Below, one piece after another: positions 11,601 to 21,159 of a DNA stretch of 64,000 bases. The notes below the pieces were generated by a model. It worked only from the letters and a program-made list of their open reading frames with translations, was not told the DNA's origin and made no database searches. A program made the position numbers and the translations under genes. The DNA is from a virus. Each line of letters opens with the position of its first letter. Within the stretch, counting starts at the first letter, position 1. The stretch spans positions 32,001 to 96,000 of IMG/VR virus record IMGVR_UViG_3300030419_003589. The stretch is one strand, 5' to 3'.

Positions 11601-13719
11601 GTTGAAGTGCAATTACAATCCCTTCACTGAGGCATGGGAATATAATTATAAGCCAGAGCCTCAAGGGGGCTTTGTTGACTTCTCTCTGATTGGCATGAAA
11701 ACGGTTGGCATGGGTATTGGCTTTGAAGCTAGGCATAAGAGGGCGTTTCCTAAGTTTGTTACAAACGCGCTAGCTCCCCTAGACACCAAAAACTTAATGA
11801 TGTCAAGCAATAGAATGTCTTGCTATGTTAGGTTTGATAACAGTCACCTCTATGATTTTTCAAATTTATCTTCCGAGTCTTTCTCTCAGCAGAGTATAAA
11901 TGAATTTGGATTGATTATCCCCGACGCACTAGAGGAACTAGATAATGTTGATCCCGACAAGAGCATGACTATGGCGGAGGTTCAAGCTAGACAAGATGAA
12001 GATAAACTCTTGGATCGACAGCCCCCATCTGTTGCGTTTGTTAAGTGTGATGTAGACGAAGAATTCTATATGGCTCCAAGGGTCATGAATATTCCAACAC
12101 AAGTTTTTGCTAGAAGCTTCAAGGTTGTTGTTCCAACACCAAGAATGGAAATTATAAAAGTTGCCCCAGAGGACAATCCCGACACAGACGATGTCGATGA
12201 ATCGAAATGCTTAGTTCCAAGTGGTGTAACAAGAAAAGTAATTCCTGTCTTCAGTCCATCGGAACCAAAACGTAGTTCACAGAAAAAAACCGTTATGACT
12301 ACAGATTTTCTTAAGGTCAAATCGACGGATGGAGTACCCATTTATAATGATCGGTCGGATTGGGACCCGGACAGTCCGTTTGGTGGAGACATAATAAGCA
12401 TAGACAAAGAAACAATACATTTAGTTGATGGAAGAAGGGTTGCCCAAGATCCAGATAGCGTATACGCATTAATTACACTACCGGGAATGGTTACCCCCAC
12501 TTTAGATTTGCGGTACTGTGATGGCCCACAGTCTTGCTACCAGACAGCTAAAATGTATAATCTTCAAACTAGGGACGTGGTTAAAGGAGTACTTGGCTTT
12601 GAAGAGCCAGCAGAATTTACCAATGGCGTCCTAAAAGCAACCTGCGAGACGCTACAGGACTTTGAACTTGGGGAAATAAACGATGCTAGAGCAGCCCAGA
12701 AGCAAGCCCTGAAAAATGCTCATGTCGCATCTATGGACAGTTCGTTAGCATACAATGCTCCCTCTCCGGTTTATCCCGACATGGTGGCAATACCTTTAAT
12801 GTCAATGGAAAGATGCTATGGCCCTTGGTTATCTAATGCATCGCTTGACCCCGCAACACTAGCACCCGGAGTAACAAATATTGGTGGGAAAATCGAGTTT
12901 GTTAAAGACGAGAACTTGGCCCCTTGGAATTATGGGGGTTACCAATTGATGAATGAGGCGGGCTTTTTACAGGCACAGTTTTCAAATAGTCTTTTACTAT
13001 TTACGGAGCGGGGAGGGTTTGTTATACCTCAAGCTCCTACAGGAGTAGCAATAGCCAGAGCCTTAAAAACTGGTGGCCCTTTAGTAACCTCGATAAGCGT
13101 AGATATATCACAAAGTAAAATAAGCACAACCGTTAAAATGGATTTGTATACTTCAAGCTTTGGAAAACTACAAAAACAGAAAGAGGGAAATATAGCTCAA
13201 ATTGGTAGAGAAAGACAGAAGCTGGTTGATCAGAGGAATAACGCAATAAGAAGAGGTATGGGAAAAACACTCTCTAACAAAAACTTTTATGAGGCCGTAC
13301 TCAAAGGTGGTGGAGCAGACCTCCTTAAAGCGGCAAGTGCTTCAACTCAGCACTTCTCTGATTTTGAGAAGGGACAAGTTGAAGAAAATAATATATTCTT
13401 AGCTGCCAAAACATCATGGAATAATGGTGAGCCGGTAAATTTCAACGGCACGGTGGCCGGGGCAGCAGGAAACATGTTAAAACAAGGTAATAGCTACATT
13501 CAGACTAATCTTAATAACGTCGGTGAAATGATGGGGTTATCTCAGGATACGGTTGGAGCCTTAAAAACAGCGGGATTGACGAACATGGGATTCATTGGAG
13601 ACTTTATTAATTTGGTGGACATGACTACCCATAATGAAAACGAACCTAGGGTAGCACGCCCTCCGCAAAAAAGCGTTGACCAAAGACGTGGACCAGCCCC
13701 TCCCGATGTAGAGAATTAA
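8653..13719 (+). CDS. Giant probable tail/baseplate-hub-like protein (1688 aa)
   Basis: AAGGAAGGA RBS upstream. N-terminal FLGASIRNFNINAGFGDSTSTLSVDLVND and FGGILQSYTQ, plus C-terminal LVTSISVDISQSKISTTVKMDL, resemble the strands of hub/late-control-D-like folds (by-eye resemblance only). Central coiled-coil-like stretch. Confidence 0.45.
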   Translation: MSENLLGIVAPSGEYAEGWPSQFVLPQGINGDMSDAGWKEGAEGFPQQTFLGASIRNFNINAGFGDSTSTLSVDLVNDEFNLSDETLMGSGDDPYHNGDSDQFRPPVVGTPVFFKFGGNPASVEQAWRKTFDDLYGIDTIDEPVDFPTITTAGEIKRIPAPHHYLRKIENKGTPNQVNTWVNKSALYDPETQWRGKDHLVFGGILQSYTQNRGPGGNPLYSAQITDPREILSNAVVLLSNYAGTTFNNKNLLNVFGFLEHDPSEPTKKAIEGLALSKNVVTKVINPLTGNFIYTGDDNYHFEKPAFKGTFFTGTGHVHFPDTIGETFPITGQGFARRSERGMPWYRIRDGLNALMGVNGFLPTEYVEAGYGGAIDFRGYKYIVDFSGIPSELIPDSFFFDFDQTDLLSLSQEICDIISHELFVTLLPVIDHPSCKVIHDFNTNIIRFFPQFRSQMIAGIIRVDAIDKRKPPTYGAIKSYLDFLLARGVEVENQDVGYELSNVTTDKFVVGGQETNMYYFSAAKDRNDMEVRKHKDGQTNKLALLEREKWSLDTMLKQQVLPFYGFLGPEKAVTIPKGFGSYQQILLDATNLNAFGVGNYYVATEIELRAALVSYQQWKNFLLQYDEQWMRKLEGPIKHFDQHVPADVAAEIADAGMSDDVTEMFKACFDGKYGVSVPRCVWRSDKNYLGKDGYPASPCAPPFGYPLYYKRAEKIGVAEGGIVSVLNAQTTLMSNLNQLKDKLDTNEPYFNTIKEDALEEVKKIEKSINAKWLQFKRAFSNDLAAQAAFSTINVKLYTALAEAKAYVKQIEKDLKQADADDKLVIAHINDTISNNKKLLKNASRIAKKGEKNAQKVYNFVRKVAEENLGKKFLVKIPKKANMNFDPEVKYWQKGIVEDNSGDEEEGEVEQQENMAVSNVKKGPFGFRPLPVTAGAAYHISGEAWETIIKNIGKRVKNSDAFEHYLDPDHKTGNASFPNGYTNGALKCNYNPFTEAWEYNYKPEPQGGFVDFSLIGMKTVGMGIGFEARHKRAFPKFVTNALAPLDTKNLMMSSNRMSCYVRFDNSHLYDFSNLSSESFSQQSINEFGLIIPDALEELDNVDPDKSMTMAEVQARQDEDKLLDRQPPSVAFVKCDVDEEFYMAPRVMNIPTQVFARSFKVVVPTPRMEIIKVAPEDNPDTDDVDESKCLVPSGVTRKVIPVFSPSEPKRSSQKKTVMTTDFLKVKSTDGVPIYNDRSDWDPDSPFGGDIISIDKETIHLVDGRRVAQDPDSVYALITLPGMVTPTLDLRYCDGPQSCYQTAKMYNLQTRDVVKGVLGFEEPAEFTNGVLKATCETLQDFELGEINDARAAQKQALKNAHVASMDSSLAYNAPSPVYPDMVAIPLMSMERCYGPWLSNASLDPATLAPGVTNIGGKIEFVKDENLAPWNYGGYQLMNEAGFLQAQFSNSLLLFTERGGFVIPQAPTGVAIARALKTGGPLVTSISVDISQSKISTTVKMDLYTSSFGKLQKQKEGNIAQIGRERQKLVDQRNNAIRRGMGKTLSNKNFYEAVLKGGGADLLKAASASTQHFSDFEKGQVEENNIFLAAKTSWNNGEPVNFNGTVAGAAGNMLKQGNSYIQTNLNNVGEMMGLSQDTVGALKTAGLTNMGFIGDFINLVDMTTHNENEPRVARPPQKSVDQRRGPAPPDVEN

Positions 13720-13739
13720 AGGACTAGGAGAACAAAAAT

Positions 13740-16700
13740 ATGGATAATCTAGATAGATACAAAGCAGACTATCACGAGTTTACAAATAACAGTGAGTGGT
13801 TAAAGAAGTTTAACCTTTCTACGTACACCACTGGGGTTCTTTATCGCTGGTGGAATTCGTGCTGGATGGATCAGGGCGATCCGAACGCGAACGACGTTGC
13901 TTCAAGGGGCCACATTGGTCAGAGCGTGAGCGTTAGAGATCTTTATGCGTACGAGCTTGGCGTGGACGACTTCGCTAGTACGAACCAGCGGGATGCCATC
14001 GGCTCTGTGATGGCGCCCACCAACGACCCAAGCATGGCTGTATTTATGAATGGCAATAGGGCACGGCGCGGCCTGTTGCAAAGTGGTATACAGTTTGAGG
14101 CGTGGAGATTTGAAGATAATAACAAGGGTAGATTTGAATTAATAGAGAAGCTAGTAGACTGGACGTGGCAAGACCCCAGAGAAGAGGTTCTTTGGGGGCC
14201 ATTTGATTGGGACGACCTTCAGATAGATGAGTTCACTCAGAAAATAGTCGTCTCTCCGACAAAAGATGGAGAAGAGCCTACACTTGTAGATGCAGAGTAT
14301 GAGGGTTGTGACTACAACGCTGGTATACTTGGTTCTCCCTATCAAAGCCTTTCTGAAATAATAACGATGAACAATTGGGTCAGGCTCAAGGAAATCTCTA
14401 TGCCAAAGGTAGAGGATTGGCCCGAGAAGGATAAAGCCAGAAGAGAATTTATAGATGATATTAAGACCTCCAGAAGCGGCTGTCTTTCCATTATGTGCTC
14501 GATTGCTGTAGATGTAACTCCGGACAGACTTGAACTTTGCCCAATTACCGAGTACTTTACAACAAACCTATATTTGAGAGATACGATCAAACCTGAGAAC
14601 AAAGCTTTCTTTGCTCTTCCTGAACTCAAAAAGGTAGGTATCCCTAAAGATTCTACAGGTAGACCGTATGGCTCCAAAAAAGACGGAGACCTTTCAGAGC
14701 CAGACGAAACCAAAGAAGGGGACAAAGTAGTTGCTGATATTGATATGCACTTTAATGAGTACACGGGGACTTATCAAAGCGGCAGTAAAACTATCTTAGC
14801 AAAAATAACCAAAACCGTTGGCCCAGCAGATGGCGCTGAGGATTTAGAATCTTTGAAGGGCAGTGATAACGAGGAAACACTGGACGGATTAAACGATAAC
14901 TATCTCCAAATGGGAACCGGGGAAGCCATGCCAATTACTATGCAGAATGGCAACCCATATCAATGGACTCCTAATTATGCACTACCCGCCGACTGTAGAG
15001 AGGGTAATACGGACAAAGCCACAGTTATTGTATACAATCCAGACCCAGAGAAAAGCTTTTCTGTTGGCAAGACCGTGCTGCTACATGAGGTAGACGGCGT
15101 TTGGATGCCTGTTGAATTTGGCTCCGGTGAAGACACGACATTTACCCCACAGCCCATATTTAAAGGTAGATGGGAAATACAACAGTTCGCAACATGTATG
15201 GGCAATTTTTTCACAACGGCGCGGGCGCCGGAGCATCCGTGGAACAGTAATTGCAATACGGTAGATTATCCGTTTGGTAGACGCTCGCAACTTACACCCA
15301 TTCAGGCGGAGCAAAAGTTTCATAGAAAATATTATTACTCCAACGACTTGAATAATGGCGGGCCTGATGACCCCACTAAATATGCCGGAAAGTTCGGCGG
15401 CGCTGCCGACGATTGGGTATCTGAGGCGATCACCAATACAGCCGCGAGTTACTGTAGGCAGGTTACGGGGTTTGACTATTTAGAGCATACACTAGGAGGA
15501 ACTAGGTCGCCTACAAAACGGTCTATAGATAGAACCACGTTTGGTCGATTTGCCAACGGTGATATGCCTTCGGAGGCGGGCGGGTATAGCCCTGAGAATA
15601 CTGTTTATTTTGGGACGCTTTTCCCCGATGGATGGACCGCTACGGGTATGGACAACGAGGAAGAGAGTGGCCCTCAGACTCTTACGTATGAGGCGCGACC
15701 CTATCACATGAAAACTTGGGGCGTGGAGAATGAATTTTTCTACGACCAAGGAGACACTGACAATCCTGTTATTCCGGCAGCTAAGAACGTATTGCCTCAA
15801 ACTTTGCAGGCAGATTCTGATGCAACCGCCTACCAAGATGCTTGGAAGAAGATTATAGGCGAAGATGAACAGGGCAAGCTAAGGGACGATAAGAAAGTAG
15901 GCATGTTCTATAATTATGCAGATCATCAGTCTACGGTGTTGGAGCAAATGCCAGCAGATTATGCGTTACAATGCTCCCCAAGCGGAACGTATGGCAGACC
16001 CATTCTTAGTCTAAGAAAATTAATCGAACTCGACAACACCACTATACCCGCGAACCTGCAAGAGGCCGTGCAAAAGGGGTTTTACACTAAACTACTTGAT
16101 AAAACAGTTGCCGGTACGAGAACTTTAGATGATATAAAAAACCTACAAACTCTAGCTCGTAAAAATAGTTTTTATAGCTGGCTTTATCGAGAACCTCAAG
16201 ACGGTTTTCCTGAAGACGAGGCTGGAGAGACCACGGTTGAGTACCATAAAAGCGCAATGGACTGGAGGCCAGTCAGGGCGTCTAGAATACAGTTCAGACC
16301 ATTGATGTACGAACTATACGCTAATGATCATGGGAGGCAAATCCCGACAAGTTATTTTCCAACTCCATACTACAATAGAGATTATATATATAACTACTTG
16401 TCGTTTAAGATGGACGATGGACTTCCAGCTTGGAGTACGCAAAGTCGTTTACGCGAGGATAAATTGCGCGATGGTAAGCTGAATAGAATATACATGGAGA
16501 ATAATGACTCAATTGGTTCTCACCCAGTAGGTTTTGGCGGCTACGGCTTCAGTCCAAACGACGGCTGCGACACGGTCAGCAGACAATTTTACAGAGCTAA
16601 TGGGTTACCTTTCAATAATGATTTTCAACAGGCGGTACTCAACAAGTATCACCCTACCGAGAGGGTGCACTACGACCTGTACAGATGCAACTATGCGGGT

Positions 16701-18344
16701 GGAACTAGGGCAAGATGTAATCACCGTCGAATAAAAGATCAAGGAGGAGCCGGGGGCGTAGGTGTTATAGGGGCTGTCTGCACAGTTGGGGCGGTTCAAA
16801 GAGTATCTTTTACGACGATGAACAAACTTGGAATGCAGTCGTACTTTTTGAATAAACATTGGTATCCTTCTTGGGGGGGTAATAACTTTGACAGATTCGA
16901 TAAGTTTGGAACTACGGATCTATCCGTTCGTGTATATCAGGCACACGAGCGAGAGAACTTAATATATGACTCAAGGTTCTTTGCTGTTTACCATTTCAAC
17001 GACGGAACATCTCTTCCGAATGATTTCCTGAACCGGAAAGCGAATATAACACTCGTTTATAAAGACATTTACGAGGGTGGCATTGACACCATCGAGGCTG
17101 ACACTGATAATGACGCTCAAGCAGACTGCTTAGTAGGCGTGAAGAGAAGCAAGGTAGACACTCAGTTAGCATCATACGTGGAGTATGAGGACGATTGCAA
17201 GATTAAAGAAGAGTGGGTCATAGCTAAAGCTAAAGACCCTCCAGAACTTTATCATCCGACCAGATATCCATATCCGGCAGAGGCGACCACGCTCCCAGTT
17301 GGAGAGGGGGATCAGGTGTATAAAAACCAAATTTACCGCAGGGGCGATGATAAGTGGGGCAGGTTAATTCCTAAAGAGCATTGGATAATTGATCCAAGAA
17401 GAAGAGGAAAATGTTTGCCCTATAACCATTATAGAGAAGTTTGCCAACTACCGCATTTCTTCTTTGGCCAAGTTATTCTAAAGGGTCCGTTTGTAAAAAT
17501 TGGAAAGGTTTGGGCTAGATCTACTGAGATGGATAATTATGCATCCCTTACAGGTCAATTTGCTTCCGTGCCCGCTCTAGAGACAAAAGATGCGAATGGA
17601 GATCTTGTGCGTAACGATCAAGATATTAGGGACGTTGACCTAGTTTTGACACAACTTGGGCAGGATTATAAGATAGGAGACAGGTTTAAGGTAGAAGGGT
17701 TTGATAACAGTGAGGTCACGGTGATGTCTACCGGCACTCAAGGATGTGTAAACGGCCTGTTTATCAAATTGAAAACAGTTAATGGTAAAATTCCACACAC
17801 GGAATATGTAAAATATGGAACGGATGTTGACCCCAGCGTTCTGATAGACGCAGACTTAGAGTTTAAAGATGTTGTAGATTGTAAGGATTTCAGCGTAGAA
17901 AAAGTGGGGAAAATCACTAGAATTACCAATGGCGCTGCCAAACTTAAGCCCTATAATAAATTCTCTGTTAGCGGAAAGGGTTTTAGTGCATTCGTAACTG
18001 GGGCAACGGTCAGAAATCTATTAATGACAGACCATAAGCCCAAAATAGCCTCAATTAACGATTATTCACAGCTTTCTTTACCGTCCAATAAGGACGACGG
18101 GGGAACAGCGGGGCAAGACTTCCTATTTGGATTTATTCAGTCATCGAATGATTTCATTGCGATGGATGGGGGTGAAAGGATAGTTGACGTTGATGTTGAG
18201 ACAAATCCGTCACCAAGCGGGCTATACGACTGTTTTTTCCATTTTCATAACGATATTTCTCATACTATCTTAAATAATGACACAATTGGTGCTCTTGGGA
18301 ACGTAGGAGACCAGTATGTACAGCTAGAAATCAATCCTGTTTAA
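13740..18344 (+). CDS. Giant hypothetical protein, probable virion component (1534 aa)
   Basis: AGGAG RBS upstream. GQDYKIGDRFKVEG...VTVMSTGTQGCVNGLFI resembles the GxGYxxGD repeat of phage tail/baseplate proteins. Confidence 0.5.
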   Translation: MDNLDRYKADYHEFTNNSEWLKKFNLSTYTTGVLYRWWNSCWMDQGDPNANDVASRGHIGQSVSVRDLYAYELGVDDFASTNQRDAIGSVMAPTNDPSMAVFMNGNRARRGLLQSGIQFEAWRFEDNNKGRFELIEKLVDWTWQDPREEVLWGPFDWDDLQIDEFTQKIVVSPTKDGEEPTLVDAEYEGCDYNAGILGSPYQSLSEIITMNNWVRLKEISMPKVEDWPEKDKARREFIDDIKTSRSGCLSIMCSIAVDVTPDRLELCPITEYFTTNLYLRDTIKPENKAFFALPELKKVGIPKDSTGRPYGSKKDGDLSEPDETKEGDKVVADIDMHFNEYTGTYQSGSKTILAKITKTVGPADGAEDLESLKGSDNEETLDGLNDNYLQMGTGEAMPITMQNGNPYQWTPNYALPADCREGNTDKATVIVYNPDPEKSFSVGKTVLLHEVDGVWMPVEFGSGEDTTFTPQPIFKGRWEIQQFATCMGNFFTTARAPEHPWNSNCNTVDYPFGRRSQLTPIQAEQKFHRKYYYSNDLNNGGPDDPTKYAGKFGGAADDWVSEAITNTAASYCRQVTGFDYLEHTLGGTRSPTKRSIDRTTFGRFANGDMPSEAGGYSPENTVYFGTLFPDGWTATGMDNEEESGPQTLTYEARPYHMKTWGVENEFFYDQGDTDNPVIPAAKNVLPQTLQADSDATAYQDAWKKIIGEDEQGKLRDDKKVGMFYNYADHQSTVLEQMPADYALQCSPSGTYGRPILSLRKLIELDNTTIPANLQEAVQKGFYTKLLDKTVAGTRTLDDIKNLQTLARKNSFYSWLYREPQDGFPEDEAGETTVEYHKSAMDWRPVRASRIQFRPLMYELYANDHGRQIPTSYFPTPYYNRDYIYNYLSFKMDDGLPAWSTQSRLREDKLRDGKLNRIYMENNDSIGSHPVGFGGYGFSPNDGCDTVSRQFYRANGLPFNNDFQQAVLNKYHPTERVHYDLYRCNYAGGTRARCNHRRIKDQGGAGGVGVIGAVCTVGAVQRVSFTTMNKLGMQSYFLNKHWYPSWGGNNFDRFDKFGTTDLSVRVYQAHERENLIYDSRFFAVYHFNDGTSLPNDFLNRKANITLVYKDIYEGGIDTIEADTDNDAQADCLVGVKRSKVDTQLASYVEYEDDCKIKEEWVIAKAKDPPELYHPTRYPYPAEATTLPVGEGDQVYKNQIYRRGDDKWGRLIPKEHWIIDPRRRGKCLPYNHYREVCQLPHFFFGQVILKGPFVKIGKVWARSTEMDNYASLTGQFASVPALETKDANGDLVRNDQDIRDVDLVLTQLGQDYKIGDRFKVEGFDNSEVTVMSTGTQGCVNGLFIKLKTVNGKIPHTEYVKYGTDVDPSVLIDADLEFKDVVDCKDFSVEKVGKITRITNGAAKLKPYNKFSVSGKGFSAFVTGATVRNLLMTDHKPKIASINDYSQLSLPSNKDDGGTAGQDFLFGFIQSSNDFIAMDGGERIVDVDVETNPSPSGLYDCFFHFHNDISHTILNNDTIGALGNVGDQYVQLEINPV

Positions 18345-18345
18345 T

Positions 18346-18374
18346 TTAACGAAAATCTATTTTATGTGTATAAT
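18346..18374 (+). promoter_or_regulatory. Putative sigma70-like promoter for 18400
   Basis: TTAACG (18346-18351), 17-nt spacer, TATAAT (18369-18374) in an AT-rich intergenic gap, followed by an AGGAG RBS. Confidence 0.5.
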
Positions 18375-18399
18375 ATAACAACTAGAAGGAGAACTTTTT

Positions 18400-19185
18400 A
18401 TGGCTACCATTACATTTCACGCGAATGGTCACAAGACGCAGTATTCCACTGCGTTTAATACAGACCCCTCGCTTATAGAACACACCAAAGGCTCTGGAAT
18501 TGGGTTCTACGGGGCAGGTTTTGGCCTGTCAGTCCCTGTAGGTCAGTACCAAGAATCCAGCTATGTCACCAATGGTGATGGCACAACTAGTGGTGTAAAG
18601 CTTAATAATACGCAATTTCAGTCTGCCAGCGGGATAAAAGCCAATGGCGTTGCTGTGACAGCAGAAACTTCAGGTATTCCAAACTGGTACGCACCTTTAA
18701 ACATTAGGTTTGTACACGACGAAGCTGTCGCCACCCAGAATTGTAAGCTCAGAATCTTCGATAGAGCCAGTATCGCTCAACACGCTAGTGGTGTAACCAC
18801 GAAGGTACTAGAAGTTAGGCATCCTCACCCGACAGAAGTTCATGCTATTGGCCCTGCTAATGCTGCCGGAAGCGGATCTTTGGCTCATAGAGGTATTGAT
18901 AACTTTAGCTGGTTTGAATTTGACCCCGGAGATGGCGGCACTCCTCCTGATATGACCTTCACAGCCTCGCCGGGAATGAGCGGTCTAAATACGGTTGATG
19001 GAGACCCTCTACCTTCAGCGAACTACACGGGTGGTGGAGCTGATGGGTATTTAAACTGGAAAACCAAAGAGGGTGCAGCCCATAGATCTACTAGACATGA
19101 TTGGTATTTGGCACTTAGTGCATCTCCTCAGTCTATTGGTAGCAAGACGGACTATGGCTTATATTTTACTCTAGAGTATCTATAG
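18400..19185 (+). CDS. Hypothetical protein, probable virion protein (261 aa)
   Basis: Clear RBS. Last gene of the + strand block, Gly/Ser/Thr-rich, followed by a terminator. Confidence 0.6.
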   Translation: MATITFHANGHKTQYSTAFNTDPSLIEHTKGSGIGFYGAGFGLSVPVGQYQESSYVTNGDGTTSGVKLNNTQFQSASGIKANGVAVTAETSGIPNWYAPLNIRFVHDEAVATQNCKLRIFDRASIAQHASGVTTKVLEVRHPHPTEVHAIGPANAAGSGSLAHRGIDNFSWFEFDPGDGGTPPDMTFTASPGMSGLNTVDGDPLPSANYTGGGADGYLNWKTKEGAAHRSTRHDWYLALSASPQSIGSKTDYGLYFTLEYL

Positions 19186-19212
19186 ACTGAAGAATAGATT
19201 ATCGTTAGATTT

Positions 19213-19241
19213 AGGGGGTGGCTTTTGCTACCCCCTTTTTT
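19213..19241 (+). terminator. Intrinsic terminator of the + strand structural block
   Basis: AGGGGGTGGC-TTTT-GCTACCCCCT: 10-bp stem with one G-U pair, followed by a T run. Confidence 0.85.
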
Positions 19242-19255
19242 CTGTTTATAGGTAA

Positions 19256-19289
19256 ATAAAAAAGTGAGGGGCGGCTTTCGCCACCCCTC
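19256..19289 (-). terminator. Intrinsic terminator of the - strand gene run
   Basis: On the - strand GAGGGGTGGC-GAAA-GCCGCCCCTC (GNRA loop, 10-bp stem) followed by ACTTTTTTATTT, just after the stop at 19302. Confidence 0.85.
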
Positions 19290-19301
19290 TTTTGAGCCTC
19301 C

Positions 19302-19634
19302 TTATTCGTTCTTTTCAGTTTTGGGATTCCACTTGACCCAACCTCTGTCGGGCAACCAGTTTTCGCCGTCTTTCCTCTTCGGAAATAAGCCACCTCCCTT
19401 CTTATGAGAACCAAAGGACAACCTTGCTCCGCAATCTCCGCAGCGAAGTTCATAATACAAGTTGTCATCGACATTTCGCACTACGAACCGGATATTATCG
19501 GAGCCGCATTTTCCACACTTTTCTTCCTCAAAGACTTCTTGAAATTTAGAAATCTGCTGGAAGATGTCTCTCTGTGAGTCGCCTTCTAGCTCTACGCTAA
19601 TACGACCACTCTTTGTTTTGTAATTAACCTTCAT
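19302..19634 (-). CDS. Hypothetical zinc-ribbon protein
   Basis: CGKC and CGDC pairs. Start moved to MKVNYK (TAATG overlap with the upstream stop). Confidence 0.65.
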   Translation of the reverse strand: MKVNYKTKSGRISVELEGDSQRDIFQQISKFQEVFEEEKCGKCGSDNIRFVVRNVDDNLYYELRCGDCGARLSFGSHKKGGGLFPKRKDGENWLPDRGWVKWNPKTEKNE

Positions 19635-20395
19635 TAATTTCTCCAATCGCTTAAATAAGCAGTTATAGAATCTGGAATTAGACTTTTATCTTGTTGAAAG
19701 TCGTTGAGTTTCTGGATAGCGGCACTTGCTTGACCTTTATCCACTTTGCGCTTGACGTTTACATCGAATACCTCCTTAAAGAAATCTGCAACGCTTAAAT
19801 CTAACTGCTTACACTTAACATCAATAAAATTGGCTTGTGGGTCAGTCATTCGCTGTGAGTCGTCATACTCACCCTCCGTTGCTACTTGTTTGGTTTGGCT
19901 AATACTGCGCACAATACTGGCAGTGTTCTTCTTGGTCATTTCTTCAGCGGCCACAGTCTTGAGTCTAAGGGCTTTTCTTAAAGCACGCCCTTCAGCTCTG
20001 GTTGCTGCTGTAGCGGTGTTAAACACGCAAAATGCGTCGTCTGTATTGCCCTCCCAACAGTCTGCTACGTCACTAAATAAAGAACCATCTTCAAATACTA
20101 CTTCCCACACAACGGTAGCCCTGCCAATTTCATCTCCACTCTGAGGGGGAAATATTTGGGTAGGCCTACTGCTTCTAATTCTCCCCAGCAGAAGTTCAGC
20201 TACTCTACGGAGTCCTGCACATAAGGGTCTACCTTCGTACAATTCTCTCTCGTCAAATAAACTTAAAACGTACTCGTTCCACTCTGGAGAAGTGGGATCT
20301 ATTCCATCTGTAGTCACAATCCTGTCCTTTACGCTAGTATCAACATTTTCTGGTGTTTCAAGAGCAACGCCCTCAAATAAATCATCATTAACCAT
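19634..20395 (-). CDS. Putative ssDNA-annealing protein (Rad52/Sak-like)
   Basis: RATVVWEVVFEDGSLFSDVADC...ATAATRAEGRALRKAL resembles the Rad52-fold core; C-terminal MTDPQANFI helix motif. Resemblance by eye only. Confidence 0.45.
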   Translation of the reverse strand: MVNDDLFEGVALETPENVDTSVKDRIVTTDGIDPTSPEWNEYVLSLFDERELYEGRPLCAGLRRVAELLLGRIRSSRPTQIFPPQSGDEIGRATVVWEVVFEDGSLFSDVADCWEGNTDDAFCVFNTATAATRAEGRALRKALRLKTVAAEEMTKKNTASIVRSISQTKQVATEGEYDDSQRMTDPQANFIDVKCKQLDLSVADFFKEVFDVNVKRKVDKGQASAAIQKLNDFQQDKSLIPDSITAYLSDWRN

Positions 20396-21159
20396 TATTC
20401 AACCTCTATAAAGCGTTTTGATTTAGGCGGAAACTTGTTACTGATTTTATTTAGAAGTGCAATGACTTCCTCAGCAAGTTGTTCCCGCTTACTCAAAGAT
20501 TCCTGTCCCAGTGATTTTACGCGAATCACTGCATATCCTTTACTCAAAAGGGCTCCACTTTTTCTCAGGTCGGCGTTAATTTGCTTTTGAAGCTTGTCTT
20601 CGCCCCATATTGGGAGAAAGTGACTAGGCCCGTCTACTTCTATAATAGTCTTCAAATCCGGAATATACAAATCAATTTCTAGATTTTCTGCTGGTATTAT
20701 TACTTGATGCATTCTGACTGAGTATCCAGCGCCATGCAATCTTTCCTGCAAGAACTTTTCCAGCTTTGATCCTTCCTTGGCAGACCTCTGTATCGCCTGC
20801 ACCCTTTTTTGTTTCATACTTTCTTTTTGTGTTGCTGACATTCCATTCCATCTGTCTCTAGCCTGTTCAGATCTTTTCTTTCTCTCCTTATCGCTCATCT
20901 CTTCCCAATAGGAAGATAATCCAGAGCTGATCTTTACCTTCTCTGCCAGAGTTCTGGTTTTGCCCTTCGTCGGGTGATCTCTTCTTCCGCTTTTCAGCGC
21001 GTTTGACTGGGCTGAACTTTTCGACTTTAATTCGTGCCCATGCTTCTTCAGAGTCCTTCTTACTTTATTAGGGTACGTATCTAGCAACTCCGCTATTTGA
21101 TATGTACTCATATTCTGCTTGTTGTACATTTTTATAACTTTTTTCTCAAAATCGTTCAT
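20395..21159 (-). CDS. Vsr/DUF559-like PD-(D/E)XK endonuclease with N-terminal HTH and basic NUMOD-like segment (possible free-standing homing endonuclease)
   Basis: EIDLYIPDLKTIIEVDGPSHF nuclease motif; MSTYQIAELLDTYPNKVRRTLKKHG HTH; KGKTRTLAEKVKIS. Confidence 0.7.
   Translation of the reverse strand: MNDFEKKVIKMYNKQNMSTYQIAELLDTYPNKVRRTLKKHGHELKSKSSAQSNALKSGRRDHPTKGKTRTLAEKVKISSGLSSYWEEMSDKERKKRSEQARDRWNGMSATQKESMKQKRVQAIQRSAKEGSKLEKFLQERLHGAGYSVRMHQVIIPAENLEIDLYIPDLKTIIEVDGPSHFLPIWGEDKLQKQINADLRKSGALLSKGYAVIRVKSLGQESLSKREQLAEEVIALLNKISNKFPPKSKRFIEVE

Noticed and set aside
19211-19474. + strand 87-aa ORF in the track
   Set aside because: It runs across both terminators and antisense to a real gene; a shadow ORF.
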